DNA of 64,000 nt from Eledone cirrhosa (GCA_964016885.1 OZ024765.1:16492001-16556000); one strand, 5' to 3'; positions 1 through 14,727 are shown, counted from the first letter of the stretch. Program-made: numbers and translations. The notes: generated from the sequence alone by a model not told the origin.

Positions 1-278
1 CAACTATTTTTATGTTTTGCAGTAGAATCCTGGATAGTTTGGTGGGGTTGTGGTTGCGTGTTAGTGCGTTGCATGTTGCTATGCTGGTGCGCTGAGTCAT
101 TAGGGATGTACTTATTTAGTATTGCTGAGTTGAGTTTTCTAATTAGTTGTTCTATGTTAGGTGCAGTGGAGTATGAGAGTCTAATGGTGCGCGAGTTAAA
201 GATTTTATAGTATTTATGTGAAGTTGTAAAGTGTTTATTGATTAGTGTATAGAATTGTGAGATAATCTTAGTGCTAAT
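1..278 (-). mobile_element. Penelope-like retroelement fragment (RT-to-GIY-YIG linker), inverted relative to the adjacent endonuclease fragment
   Basis: Manual minus-strand translation ISTKIISQFYTLINKHFTTSHKYYKIFNSRTIRLSYSTAPNIEQLIRKLNSAIL fits the PLE linker pattern F..LI.KHF...H...KIFN..T...SYS..PN. Confidence 0.75.
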
Positions 279-280
279 CG

Positions 281-547
281 ATCAGGCACGAGAAAATGCG
301 CTCCGTAACAACCCTCGCCGATAAAGCCTCGCAGCTTCGGAGGAACAATCAAGCGTTCTCCCTTGATTGACAAATTATTGCAGCTGCGCCTGCATATCAG
401 CAAAATCATCGATTCTGCAAGTTATGCAACTTAGAGATATACTGCATTTTAACGTCGGTAAACAAACTTTTGAACACCAAAATTGAACGTTCTCTATACT
501 GTAACCATCGTTTGAAAACGACTTTTTCTTTTTTTAAATGCATATAA
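281..547 (+). pseudogene. Penelope-like GIY-YIG endonuclease C-terminus with one in-frame stop
   Basis: IRHEKMRSVTTLADKASQLRRNNQAFSLD*QIIAAAPAYQQNHRFCKLCNLEIYCILTSVNKLLNTKIERSLYCNHRLK matches the PLE EN tail (W.I...A.AY......C.LC..E...IL....LLN...E....C.H). Confidence 0.8.
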
Positions 548-954
548 TGTTACCTTTTTACACCAACGTTTGCAAATTTCTGTCTTATATGTTTATACAC
601 TAGATATGGCTTTCTATAATAATAGTACTAAACACTGTTTTTCTGGACCCCTTTAGAAATAACCTGCTACTATAATAGCCCTAATAACTTGTCTGTGGCA
701 TTGTACCACTTTGACCCCTCTAACTAAATTTTGTCCGACCAACACCACTAGAAGTATCTACTTCCCAGCCAACCTTAGCACGCCTCATTAAGCTAACTGC
801 TGCCAAAACATTCTCTCTTCACAATCTCTACTAGTCTGACAGTCTTAAACCCTAAGACTCCCTCCACCTTACTCACTTCCCTCTTCCCCTTCTCTTCCTA
901 CCTCCTTCTTTATCTTTTATCTAGTGTATAAAATATTTTCATATTCTAATACAA

Positions 955-1071
955 AGGTCTGATGACATGGTGTGTTGGCTTACAGTGTACTTTCGGTTTT
1001 TGATAATATTTGTGTATTATTCAAGTAGCGAGGTATAGGTAACTCATACACTATAGAAACAATTGTTACCT
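955..1071 (+). ncRNA. Minimal type I hammerhead ribozyme in a PLE pseudo-LTR
   Basis: aggt-CTGATGA-(stem II atggtgtgt/atacactat, long loop)-GAAAC-aatt-GTT-acct, then AATAAA; palindromic loop 3. Confidence 0.7.
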
Positions 1072-1220
1072 AATAAATTCTATATACCCGCATTTCCATT
1101 TCGTAAATTTTTTCTCCATATTTTCTCCGGATTGTAAAACACAATTTATTATACGTTGAGCAATCTCTGACGTCAGTTGACTCCATCCAATGCAACTACT
1201 TAGTAACATTGGAATACAAA

Positions 1221-1468
<248 letters not shown>

Positions 1469-1880
1469 TTTCGTTTCTGAATTTGTTTAGCAAGATTCTT
1501 TATCTGAAAACGTGTGTTGAAACCGATATTGTTATACTTTGGGAGGGTCACGTTGCCAATAAGAAACACACGCACCAGGAGCTTTCACTTAAATTTATTA
1601 TAATAAATTTATAAATTTAGGAATTTATAAATTTCTGGTTGGTTGGTTGGTTCCACAACCAGATGATTATTTATATATTGTCAAAGTTCTTTCGTCACAC
1701 ATTATGTGGCCTGTTCAGAGATTGGGGATTATTTTCTTTGTTTTTGTAGCTCTCCTTTGTTCTGTCCTACGCCATCTTGTTTTTGTGTGTGTGTCTTGTG
1801 TGCTAAGTTTGCGCATGTGTTACATCCGGGTGTCTGTGTGTGTTTATATTCGTTTATTCATTTGTTTAATTACATGTTAC
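1469..1880 (-). mobile_element. PLE pseudo-LTR/5' region copy (same family as 9611-10141, related to 22162-22900) with a degenerate hammerhead
   Basis: High similarity to 9611-9885. Minus strand has CTGAACA...tgtgacGAAAgaac and an ORF start (M)[27 protein letters not shown] running into (TA)n. Confidence 0.6.
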
Positions 1881-1889
1881 TGGTGGTAT

Positions 1890-2082
1890 TTGTCACCAAA
1901 TATATGTCATCGGCAAATTCAGCATCCGATACCTTTTTCGCCTTAACTCTCCTGCTCTGAGCCGGTGCTACGTATGTTGATGCCCTAAGGACAGACACTG
2001 GTCTGTTGGAGACGCAGGACATGGCAGCGATAATGAGGGACAGAGACCGCTGGAGAGAACTCGTCCATGGATCTCGGGAATT
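1890..2082 (+). mobile_element. RTE-clade LINE fragment with 5' inversion
   Basis: 1890-1971 is the reverse complement of the RT segment at ~16456-16540 (DAEFADDI). It is joined to the plus-strand 3' end YVDALRTDTGLLETQDMAAIMRDRDRW. Confidence 0.8.
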
Positions 2083-2084
2083 GT

Positions 2085-2131
<47 letters not shown>

Positions 2132-2220
2132 TTACATATATATATAATTTCGATTTGGATTAAATTCATTTAATTTATCTTAATTTTGGATATAGATATA
2201 TACATTTATATATATATATA

Positions 2221-2293
<73 letters not shown>

Positions 2294-2389
2294 TATATAT
2301 ATATACACATATATAAATATACACATATATAAATGGCTTCTTGCTCACATTAATTTCTCTATTTTCATTTATATAAATATATATACACA

Positions 2390-2435
<46 letters not shown>

Positions 2436-2479
2436 TATATTTATATATACACATACATATATATATATACACACATATA

Positions 2480-2521
<42 letters not shown>

Positions 2522-2528
<7 letters not shown>

Positions 2529-2870
2529 TGCCCCCTCGTTATCGAGTATGGCCATTGCACGATATAACATTATTAATAGTAATTAATTAATTATATCGTG
2601 CAATGCCTGTGCGTGAAGATTATTTTTAAAGTGAGAAAAGACTGTGCACTGAGCCAATCCCACTCTCTGAGAAACAGCAGCTATAACCCGAAAAGAAGAA
2701 AAGATCAACATCATCGGTAACTACTGAGCCGCTAGTTTTATGTCGGAGTTATCCAAGATTCCTGAGTTGCCTTCTCCTAGAAGAATGCCCTGAAAAAGGC
2801 TAGGGGTCCTTCACTCCCAGTGGTTTAACCGCGCGATCAGGTGTCCAGCCCGACTATTTCTATGTCCCCG
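2522..2870 (-). mobile_element. Non-autonomous RTE-derived element (5'UTR plus 3' terminus)
   Basis: Shares ctaggagaagg, ttcacgcacaggcattgc and the terminal tggcc.tactcga.aacgag..ggca.cca motifs with 25299-25612 and 36359-36887; internal hairpin cattgcacgatataa/ttatatcgtgcaatg. Confidence 0.55.
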
Positions 2871-2944
2871 CGCATATACATACACATGCACCCATGCATA
2901 TACACATATACACACACATGTACATGTGTATATACATATTTATA

Positions 2945-3075
2945 CTCTTTTGGATGGCCTTATGAGTTCTTCTGCCCTTTGTCAGGTTTTGTTTTTTGTC
3001 CTGCAGGGTGTCCAAAATCACCTTCCTCATCAAGTAAACTTGGTGGGGTTGCCGGTTTAGTCACCGGCGACCCGA
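2945..3075 (-). mobile_element. 5' fragment of the RTE-derived family seen at 36359-36887
   Basis: Reverse complement matches 36413-36550 (gactaaac.ggcaaccccaccaag...ggccatccaaaa). Confidence 0.6.
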
Positions 3076-4866
<1,791 letters not shown>

Positions 4867-5051
4867 TAGTCTGTCTGTGTTGGTATAGTGCATATGATCT
4901 AATATAGATTATATCTGTTCTATATTGTGTCATATATATTTTTTGTCTCTCCTCTCGGGGATAATATTTAATTTTCTCACATTACATGTCAAAATATTAC
5001 AAAATATTCTAGATTGAAATATCACATGTCATAGGTTTTACATTGATACTG

Positions 5052-7195
5052 TTGTGGTGGTCGTGGTGGTGGTGGTGGTGGTGGTAGTGGTGGTGGTAGT
5101 GGTGGTTGGTAGTGGTGGTGGTGGTGGTAGTAGTGGTGGTGGTGGTGTTGGTAGTGGTGGTTGGTAGTGGTGGTGGTGTTGGTGGTATTGGTGGTAGTGG
5201 TGGTTGGTAGTGGTGGTGGTGGTGTTGGTGGTATTGGTGGTAGTGGTGGTTGGTAGTGGTAGTGGTGGTTGGTAGTGGTGGTGGTGGTGGTCGTCGTATT
5301 GGTGGTAGTGGTGGGGTAATGGTGTTGGTGGTGGTGGTGGTAGTGGTGGTGTTGGTGGTACTGGCTGTGGTGGTGTTGGTGGTATGGTGGTGTTAGTGGT
5401 GGGTGTGGTGTTAGTAGTGGAAGTAGTGAAATGTGTGGTGGTGTTTGTGGTAGTGGTGGTGGTGGGGGTAGGGGTAGAGTGGGGGTAGCGGTGGGGGTGA
5501 TGGTAGTGGTGGTGGTGGTGATGGTAGTGGTGGTGGTAGTGGTAGTGTAGTGGTGTTGGTGGTGGTGGTAGTGGTGGTGGTGGTGGTAGTGGTGGTAGTG
5601 TTGGTAGTGGCGGTGGTAATGGTGGTGGTAATCGTGGCGGTGGTGATAGTGGTGGCTGCGGTGGTGGTGTTAGTGGTAGTTGTGATGTGATGTGGTGGTG
5701 TTGGTGGTAGTGGCGGTGGTGGTAGTGGTGGTGGTGGTGGTGGTAGTGGTGGTGGTAGTGGTGGTGGTGGTATTGGTGGTGGTTGTAATGGTGGTTGTAG
5801 TGAGATTAGTGGTGGTGGCAATTGTGGTTATGGTGGTGGTGGTAGTTGTAAGTGGTAGTAGTGGTGGTGGTAGTAGTGGTGGTGGTAGTAGTGATGGTGG
5901 TAGTAGTGTTGGTGGTAGTAGTGGTGATCGTAGTAGTGTTGGTGGTAGTGGTGGTGGTGATGGTAGTTGATAGTGGTGCTGGTAGTGGTGATGGGGGTGT
6001 TTGTAGTGGTAGTGGTGGTGGTGGTGATTGGTATGATAGTACAATGATAGTGGTGAGTGTAGTGATAGTGGTGGTGATGGTAGTGATGGTTGTAATGATG
6101 GTGGTATTAGTGATATTGATGATGGTGGTGGTGGTGGTGGTGTTTGTAGTGCTGGTTGTAGTGATAGTGGGGGTGGTTGGTGTGGTAGTGTTGGTGGTAG
6201 CGAGATTAGTAGTGCTGCTGTTGGTGGTGGTTGTAATGGTGATAGTAGTAATGGTGGTGGTGGTAGTGGTGGTAGTTAGTAGTGGTGGTAGTGGTGGTGT
6301 TGGTAGTGGTGGTGATGGCGGTGATAGTGGTGGCGGTTGTAGTGGTAGTGGTGGTTGTAGTGATAGTGGTGGTAGTGGCGGTAGTGGCGGTAGTGGTTGT
6401 AGTGATAGTGGTGGTATTGGCGGTTGTAGTGGTTCTAGTGATAGTGGTGGTAGTGGCGGTTGTAGTGATAGTGGTGGTAGTGGTGGTAGTGGCGTTTGTA
6501 GTGATAGTGGTGGTAGTGGTGGTGGTGGTTGTTGTAGTGATAGTGGTGGTAGTGGCGGTGGTGGTTGTTGTAGTGATAGTGGTGGTAGTGGTGGTAGTGG
6601 CGTTTGTAGTGATAGTGGAGGTGGTGGTTGTTGTAGTGATAGTGGTGGTAGTGGCGGTAGTGATAGTGGTGGTAGTGGTAGTGGTGGTTGTAGTGATAGT
6701 GGCGGTAGTGGCGGTGGTGGTTGTTGTAGTGATAGTGGTGGTAGTGGCGGTTGTAGTGATAGTGGTGGTAGTGGCGGTAGTGATAGTGGTGGTAGTGGTG
6801 GTTGTAGTGATAGTGGTGGTATTGGTGGTAGTGGCGTTTGTAGTGATAGTGGTGGTATTGGTGGTAGTGGCGTTTGTAGTGATAGTGGTGGTAGTGGCGT
6901 TAGTGATAGTGGTGGTAGTGGTGGTGGTGGTTGTAGTGATAGTGCTGGTAGTGGCGGTTGTAGTGATAGTGGTGGTAGTGGTGGTGGTGGTTGTAGTGAT
7001 AGTGGTGGTAGTGGCGGTTGTAGTGATAGTGGTGGTGATGGTTGTTGTAGTGATAATGGTGGCATGGTGGTAGTAGTAGTGGTGGTAGTGGCGATTATAT
7101 TGATAGTGGTGGTAGTGGTGATAATGGTGGTGGTGATAGTTGTAGTGATAGAGGTGACATTGGTGATTGTGGTGATGGCGGTGGTTGTTGTAGGC
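5052..7195. repeat. (GGT/AGT)n low-complexity tract with an internal ttgtagtgatagtggtggtagtgg minisatellite
   Basis: Direct reading. Confidence 0.95.
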
Positions 7196-7204
7196 TTGTT
7201 AATT

Positions 7205-7443
7205 TGAGGAGGAGGGGGGTACCCTCCACACACAGGGTGGTTCAGGATTGGTAGGGTACCTGATTCGCCCCTTGGTCGTCCACCCCCTATTGGGGAATTT
7301 ATTTTGTTATGTTTATACATAGTCTATTTTATATTTTTCATAGTTAAATTAGTCTTGCCATTGTGCACTTTTACTCGAGCTTATTGTAAACCCCCCACTG
7401 TCCCTGTCTTTGTATTGTCCCCTACAGGTCGGCCCTTGTGGCC
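7205..7443 (+). mobile_element. Probable 3'UTR of a Tx1/L1-like LINE
   Basis: Shares cccctattgggga and ttgtcccct...ccc.tgtggc with the reverse complement of 45695-45815. Confidence 0.4.
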
Positions 7444-7447
7444 AGTT

Positions 7448-8905
7448 GGATTGGCAGTATCGGTAGAGGGTCTGACGCTATGTTTTGCAGCAAAGAGTTA
7501 CGGTCCTTTAAGGTCGGAGTTCAAATCCCGCCGAGGTTAACTTTCCCTTCCAATCTTAGGTGGTCGATAAAATAAAGTACCAGTAATACACTGGAATAAT
7601 TGCTGGTCTTGTGCCCTAAGTAGAAAAAATTATTACGGGGTCGATAAAATAAAGTACCAGTAATACACTAGGGTAATTGCTGGCCTTGTGCCAAAAGTAG
7701 AACAAATTATAACGGGGTCGATAAAATAAAGTACCAGTAATACACTGGTTTAATTGCTGGCCTTGTGCCAAAAGTAGAAAAAATTATTACGGGGTCGATA
7801 AAATTAAGTACCAGTAATACACTGGATTAATTGCTAGCCTTGTGCCACAAGTAGAAACTATTATTATTATCATCATCATCATGACTATTATTATTATAAA
7901 AATGGCGGTACATTGGCAGAAGACTCGGTAGAGCGTCGGACAATATGCTTAACGGCATAGAGTTACGACCATTTACGCTCTAAGTTCAAATCAGGCCGAG
8001 GTTAGCTGTGCCTCTCATCCTTACGAGGTCGGTAAAATAACGTACCAGTAATACACTGGGGTAATTGCTGGCTTTGTGCCAAAAGTAGAAACAATTATTA
8101 TATTATTGGCAGTATCGGTAGAGCGTCGGACAACATGGTTTGTGACAAAGAGTTACGGGCCTTTACGTTCTGAGTTCAAATTACGCCGAGGTTTAAATTT
8201 GCCTTTCAACATTGTGTAGGTCGATAAAATAAAATACCAGTCACGCACTGGGGTCAATTTAATCGACTTTCCCCTCCCCCAAAATTGTTGACATTGTGCC
8301 TATTTAAGAAACCATTGGTGGATTGTCAGTATCGGTAGAGGGTTGGACGTCATGCTTTGACGCATAGAGTTACGGCCCTTTCCATTCTGGGTTCAAATCC
8401 CGCCGAGGTTAACTTTGCCTTTCATCCTTACGGGGTCGATAAAATAAAGTACCAGTAATATACTGGGGTAATTGCTGGCCCTGTGCCTATATAAGAAACC
8501 GTTATTATATTATTGGCAGTATCGGTAGAGCGTCGGACAACATGGTTTGTGACAAAGAGTTACGGGCCTTTACGTTCTGAGTTCAAATCACGCCGAGTTT
8601 TAAATTTGCCTTTCAACATTGTGTAGGTCGATAAAATAAAGTACCAGTCACGCACTGGAGTCTATTTATTCACCTGTCTCCTCATCCGCAACGCCCCCCC
8701 CCCCAATATGTGTCCTTGAATTAGCAACCATTATTATCATTAATTCCATGCTTTGCAGCAAAGAGTTACGGCCCTGTATGGTCTGAGTTCAAATCCCGCC
8801 GAGGTTAACTTTGCCTTTCATCCTCATGGGGTCGATAAAATAAAGTACCAGTAATACACTGGAATAATTGCTGGCCTTGAGCCAAAAGTAGAAACAATTA
8901 TTATC
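7448..8905 (+). mobile_element. Head-to-tail cluster of ~6 tRNA-derived SINEs, including 4 tandem 77-bp copies of the SINE 3' half (7563-7862)
   Basis: A-box-like tggcagtatcggtagag, B-box gagttcaaatcc, central gttaactttgcctttcatccttacggggtcgataaaataaagtaccag, (ATT)n tails. Confidence 0.9.
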
Positions 8906-9311
8906 ATTAATTCCATTATTACGTTCATTGCTACTGTATTATGGTTTTTGTTATTGTTGTTGTAGTTGTCATTAATTTCAATGTGAAAGATGTAATTAAT
9001 TAGGAAAAGAAATAATTAATGAACTTCAATTGTTCCCAGAGATCACATGCCATTAATATGTGATATGCTTTGTGTCTTTGGAATCAGTCTAAGCAATATA
9101 TGCTTGTGTGTGTGTGTACATGTGAGTGTATGTGTATATGTGTGTGTATATGTGTGTGTATATGCCTGCATATGTGTGTGTGCGCCCCACAATATGTGTT
9201 AATTGTTAGAGAGAGAGAGAGAGGGAATGTGTGTCATGGCGCCATTTATAAACGCAGACAGAAATGTTTAAATGCACACAATACTGGACATGAAGAAGAC
9301 GTGTGTGTGTG

Positions 9312-9369
<58 letters not shown>

Positions 9370-9489
9370 CTTGCCAGGCAAGTTCAGCCACCCCTACCTC
9401 CCACCAAATGCCATGATAGACTTATTTGTGTTTACAACAAATTTTAACCAATCCTCTTGACAACTAGAATCTTCCCATACAAGGAAGTA

Positions 9490-9585
9490 CCCCCTTGACA
9501 AGTTCGGCTATTTATTCACCAGGCTAAAAATTCTAATTTAGTCCAGAAATAGCCGTCGAAATGGCTTGAGCTCTGCCGTCGGGGT
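9490..9585 (+). ncRNA. Type I hammerhead ribozyme variant with U3-A8 core and extended helix III
   Basis: cccc-TTGACAA-g..cggctattt...aaatagccg.c-GAAA-tggc(ttgagctct)gcc-GTC-gggg. A partial inverted copy lies at 10601-10643. Confidence 0.6.
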
Positions 9586-9819
9586 CATACATTTTCCCTA
9601 TATATATATATTTCGTTTCTGAATTTGTTTAGCAAGATTCTTTATCTGAAATCGTGTGTTGAAACCGATATTGTTATACTTTGGGAGGGTCATGTTGCCA
9701 ATAAGAAACACACACACACCAGTTGCTTTCACTTCAATTTATTATATATTTATAAATTTACAAATTTATAAATTTCTGGTTGGTTGGTTGGTTCCACAAC
9801 CAGATAGTTGTTTATATAT

Positions 9820-9864
9820 AGTCATAGTTCTTTCGTCACACCCTCTGTGACCTCTTCAGTGACT
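9820..9864 (-). ncRNA. Minimal hammerhead ribozyme (left arm)
   Basis: Reverse complement: agtca-CTGAAGA-ggtcaca gaggg tgtgac-GAAA-gaac-TA-tgact. Confidence 0.65.
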
Positions 9865-9946
9865 GGGGATTCCTTTCTTTGTTTCAGAAACAAAATGGCG
9901 TAGGACAGAACAAAGGAGAGGCACAGAAACAAAGAAAGGAATCCCC

Positions 9947-9991
9947 AGTCACTGAAGAGGTCACAGAGTGTGTGACGAAAGAACTATGACT
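9947..9991 (+). ncRNA. Minimal hammerhead ribozyme (right arm)
   Basis: agtca-CTGAAGA-ggtcaca gagtg tgtgac-GAAA-gaac-TA-tgact; helix I agtca/tgact. Confidence 0.65.
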
Positions 9992-10133
9992 ATATATAAA
10001 CAACTATCTGGTTGTGGAACCAACCAACCAACCAGAAATTTATAAATTTGTAAATTTATAAATATATAATAAATTGAAGTGAAAGCAACTGGTGCGTGTG
10101 TTTCTTATTGGCAACATGACCCTCCCAAAGTAT

Positions 10134-10169
<36 letters not shown>

Positions 10170-10476
10170 ATAATAATAAATTTGAAGACTAAAATCCAAA
10201 GAGGGCTCGATAAGGATAAATATATATAAAATATCTAAGAACCGTTAACGGTGAAAGCAGCGATTCTTTGCTTAAACTTTAATCTTATTTTAATAAATAT
10301 ATATATATATATACACTACAATAACAGAGAAAGCCTTAAGCTATACTCTGACTGGCTACCATCTCACTCAACAAACATTAGGATATACCTTAGTATAATC
10401 CCAATTTTATGTTTGGGGAGCTAACTATATGTATTTTGTGGAAAGCCAGTTGTGTTATTTTATATGAGATATAATT

Positions 10477-10509
<33 letters not shown>

Positions 10510-10665
10510 CGAAGAAAATGTGGTAAGGAACCAGATGGACCATAACGCACCAAAGTACTCAATACTTAGGGTAGTAGAGTGGGTAATAGGAACGAGTAGA
10601 ACCCCGACGGCTGAGCTCAAGCCGTTTCGACGGCTAATTCAGGACTATATATATATATACTGTGG

Positions 10666-10840
10666 CTTTGGGAGCCCCTACATGGACACACTAGAAGAGG
10701 AAGACCAAGGTTAACGTATATTGATGCCCTAAGGACAGACACTGGTCTGTTGGAGACGCAGGACATGGCAGCAATAATGAGGGACAGAGACCGCTGGAGA
10801 GAACTCGTCCATGGATCTCGGGAATTTTACCCGCCTTAGA
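10666..10840 (+). mobile_element. RTE LINE 3' end
   Basis: Near-identical to 15650-15824; ends ggaattttacccgccttaga followed by (TA). Confidence 0.85.
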
Positions 10841-11254
10841 AGATATATATACTTCTTCTTCTGGACTCATCCCTCTTTCAAAGGTGAAGCACTCATTTTG
10901 ATTTTTCTAATGGCTAGAATATATGCACTACACTACATCTGCATAAACACACACGCCACCTATAATGTCCAAGTTAAAGGCAATGACTGGTACACTTGGA
11001 AGCAGTGACGTCACAACTTATTTCTTTCGCCAAATTAACTGAAATAACGTAAAAGGAAGTGTCTTGCTCAAGGACACAACGCATCAAGCGGTCCGAAAAT
11101 CAAATTAGATTGCAAGCCCAAGGCTCTGACCATATATAAACAATAACAGATGGTGTAGTCATGGTTAGAACGCCGGTTGATGGAGAAATCATTCACGGCC
11201 ATTATAGGTAACCTTCGGAGAATAAATATACACCGAGTGAAGAAGCCGCTGCCT

Positions 11255-12173
11255 CCGACACCATCACCAACACCATCACCATCACCAGCATAGCCACCAC
11301 CGTCACCGCCACCACACCACCACCATCATCGCCACTATCTTCACCACCACCACCATCATCACCACTATAGTCACCACCACCACCACCAACCATCACCACC
11401 ACCACCACCATCACCACCACCACCATCATCATCATCACCACCACCACCCTCACCACCACCACCATCATCATCGCCGCCACCACCATCACCACCATCGCCA
11501 CCGCCACCGCCACCGCCACCATCATCACTCTCACCACCACCACCACCATCGCCACCGCCATCATCATCATCACCCTCACCACCACCACCACCATCGCCAC
11601 CACCGTCATCATCATCATCACCCTCACCACCACCACCACCATCATCGCCACCACCACCACCACCATCACCACCACAACAACGTTTTCTTGAAACAAATCC
11701 TATATTTAAAATTGGGTGATGAAGAAACGCAACGCTGTTAACTTCCTTGATTAAACACAGACACACACACAGACATACATACATACACAGACACAGACAC
11801 AGACACACGCACACACACACAGACACACGCACACAAATGTACACACACCCACATGCAGACACACATACACATACACACACACACATACATACACACACAC
11901 ACACATGCTCATACACAGAAACACATACACACACACATACTCACAGATACATACACATACGCACACACATACATATACACACACAGAGATACACACACAC
12001 ATACAGACACACGTATGCGCATACACACACACATATAAATATATATATATATACAGGAATACGCATGTACACATATGTATATATATAGAGAGAGAGAGAG
12101 AGACAGAGAAACACTTGTACACAACACATACACACACACACACATATATATATATACACACACACATACACAC

Positions 12174-12204
<31 letters not shown>

Positions 12205-12205
12205 T

Positions 12206-12256
<51 letters not shown>

Positions 12257-12359
12257 TACATATATATACACACACACACATACACACACATATATACACA
12301 CACACACATACACACACATATATATACACACACACACATACACACACACACATACACAT

Positions 12360-12404
<45 letters not shown>

Positions 12405-12460
12405 CACATACATATATACACACACACATACACACACATACACACACATATATATATATA
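11255..12460. repeat. (ACC/ATC)n tract followed by a (CA)/(TA) compound microsatellite
   Basis: Direct reading. Confidence 0.95.
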
Positions 12461-12563
12461 TCTAAGGCGGGTAAAATTCCCGAGATCCATGGACGAGTTC
12501 TCTCCAGCGGTCTCTGTCCCTCATTATCGCTGCCATGTCCTGCGTCTCCAACAGACCAGTGTC
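12461..12563 (-). mobile_element. RTE LINE 3' end
   Basis: Reverse complement of the 15722-15824 terminus. Confidence 0.85.
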
Positions 12564-12783
12564 GGGAGGTAGGAAGGTAGAGAGAGAGGGAGGGAGGGAA
12601 GTAGAGAGAGGGCGAGGGAGGGAGGTAGAGAGAGAGAGGGGGGAGGGAGAGAGAGAGAGAGAGAGAGAGAAACAGACTTGTACACATAAATACTCAAAGA
12701 AAAACTACACTACTTTATAAGTTAACTTTAAATAGAAAATGACGTCACACGACATGCACAGTAGGAAATGTATCTTATGCTAA

Positions 12784-12832
<49 letters not shown>

Positions 12833-12991
12833 TATAAATTTATATTTATATATATATATATATATATAAATGAAAGGTATAGAAAGGTATATATATATAT
12901 ATATGTGTGTGTAAAAATGGATATACAGGTATATAAATGCATATATATGTGTGTGTGTGTGTGTGTGTAAAAATGTATATGCAAATATATA

Positions 12992-13059
<68 letters not shown>

Positions 13060-13277
13060 TAAATATATATGTACATATATATATATATATATGTACATAT
13101 ATATATATATATATGTACATATATATACATGTACGTAGATATATATATATGTACAAACATATATATATATATGTATATACATATATATATGTGTGTGTGT
13201 ACATATGTATATATATGTGTGTACATATGTGTATATATATGTGTCTACATATGTGGATATATATGTGTGTACATATG

Positions 13278-13315
<38 letters not shown>

Positions 13316-13322
13316 CAGCACC

Positions 13323-13374
<52 letters not shown>

Positions 13375-14043
13375 GACAGACACACACACACACTTTATAT
13401 ATAATATATATATATGTTGAGCCGTTTGCTCTCTAAAATAATTACGCGGTTATCTCCGCTTCAGTAGACTTTACAGTAAGGCTTACAGAACGCAGGATTG
13501 CTATTTTAAACATTTCAAAGTTTGGATCATATTAAGCTTCACTGGTCATTGTTAAATGTACAGCAAAGAATTATTTATTCCGGATTTCTGCATAAATGTT
13601 TATATATACACGCGTGTGTGTGTGTGTATGTGTGTATATATATATGTGTATATATGTATATATATATATATATATATGTGTGTATATATATAAGTATTGT
13701 TTAGTATTCAGTTTTAGTTTTAAGTTTCATATATATTTATATGTATATATGTATATATATGTATGTATATATGTATATGTATGTATATATATGTATATAT
13801 ATAGAGAGAGAGAGAGATATGTATATATGTATATATATATAGAGAGAGAGATATATGTATATATATATATAGAGAGATATATGTGTGTATATGTATATAT
13901 ATGTATATATATATATGTGTGTATATGTATATATGTGTATATATATGTATATATATATATATGTGTGTATATATAAGTATATATGTATATATATGTATAT
14001 ATATATATATATATAGATATATGTATGTATATATGTATATATG

Positions 14044-14078
<35 letters not shown>

Positions 14079-14085
14079 GTATAAG

Positions 14086-14117
<32 letters not shown>

Positions 14118-14662
14118 GAGAGAGAGAGATGTGTATATATGTATATATATAGAGAGAGAGAGATATATGTATATATATATATATATGTATAGAGATATAT
14201 GTGTGTATATGTATATATATATATATATGTGCGTGTGTGTATGTATATATATACATATAAATATACATATATATATATACGTATATATATGTATAGAGAT
14301 ATATGTATATATATATATATATATATATAGGTATAGAGATATATGTAGATATATATTTTGAAAAGCATTAGAAATGCGCAACTGGTAAAACTTAAAACCA
14401 AAACTGAATACTAACCAATACTTATTACTAATTTATACTTATTCCTAATTAAACTATTTTTCACTGGGAAAAAATTGTCAGCATTTTCTTTTCCTTTTCG
14501 CTAATAAATATATATATATATATATATATATGCAAAAGTTCTATTTAAAGTTGTTGGGATACAACAAGTAAATATTTTTATAACTGATATAAAGCACTCG
14601 ACAAGTTTTTGGAGTAGATATACGATATTAATAAATGGAAACTATATTTATAAAACCATATT

Positions 14663-14727
14663 TATTTCATTATACATATTTCAGGCATACCACATTAAAT
14701 TATGGTATGCCTTCATCAGACAAAATA
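14663..14727 (-). ncRNA. Minimal hammerhead ribozyme (copy at 18963-19027)
   Basis: Reverse complement: tattttgt-CTGATGA-aggcatacca...tggtatgcct-GAAA-t atgt a-TA-atgaaata; perfect 10-bp stem II. Confidence 0.75.

Larger units (their letters stand above)
9611..10141. mobile_element. Fold-back PLE pseudo-LTR pair: arms ~9668-9885 and 9926-10141, 40-bp spacer, flanked by (TA)n
   Basis: Arms are near-perfect reverse complements and each carries a hammerhead. Confidence 0.85.

Noticed and set aside
368-370. TGA at a conserved Trp position as recoding
   Set aside because: A single TGG-to-TGA change in a decayed element is the simpler explanation.
7448-8905. tRNA genes
   Set aside because: The A/B boxes belong to SINE heads; there is no complete cloverleaf.
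9611-10141. Endogenous viroid/obelisk-like element
   Set aside because: The ambisense ribozymes result from simple inverted duplication of one PLE terminus; single-arm relatives exist at 1469 and 22162.
11150-11207. Cadherin-like exon (GVVMVRTPVDGE)
   Set aside because: Poor acceptor, too short, resemblance not significant.
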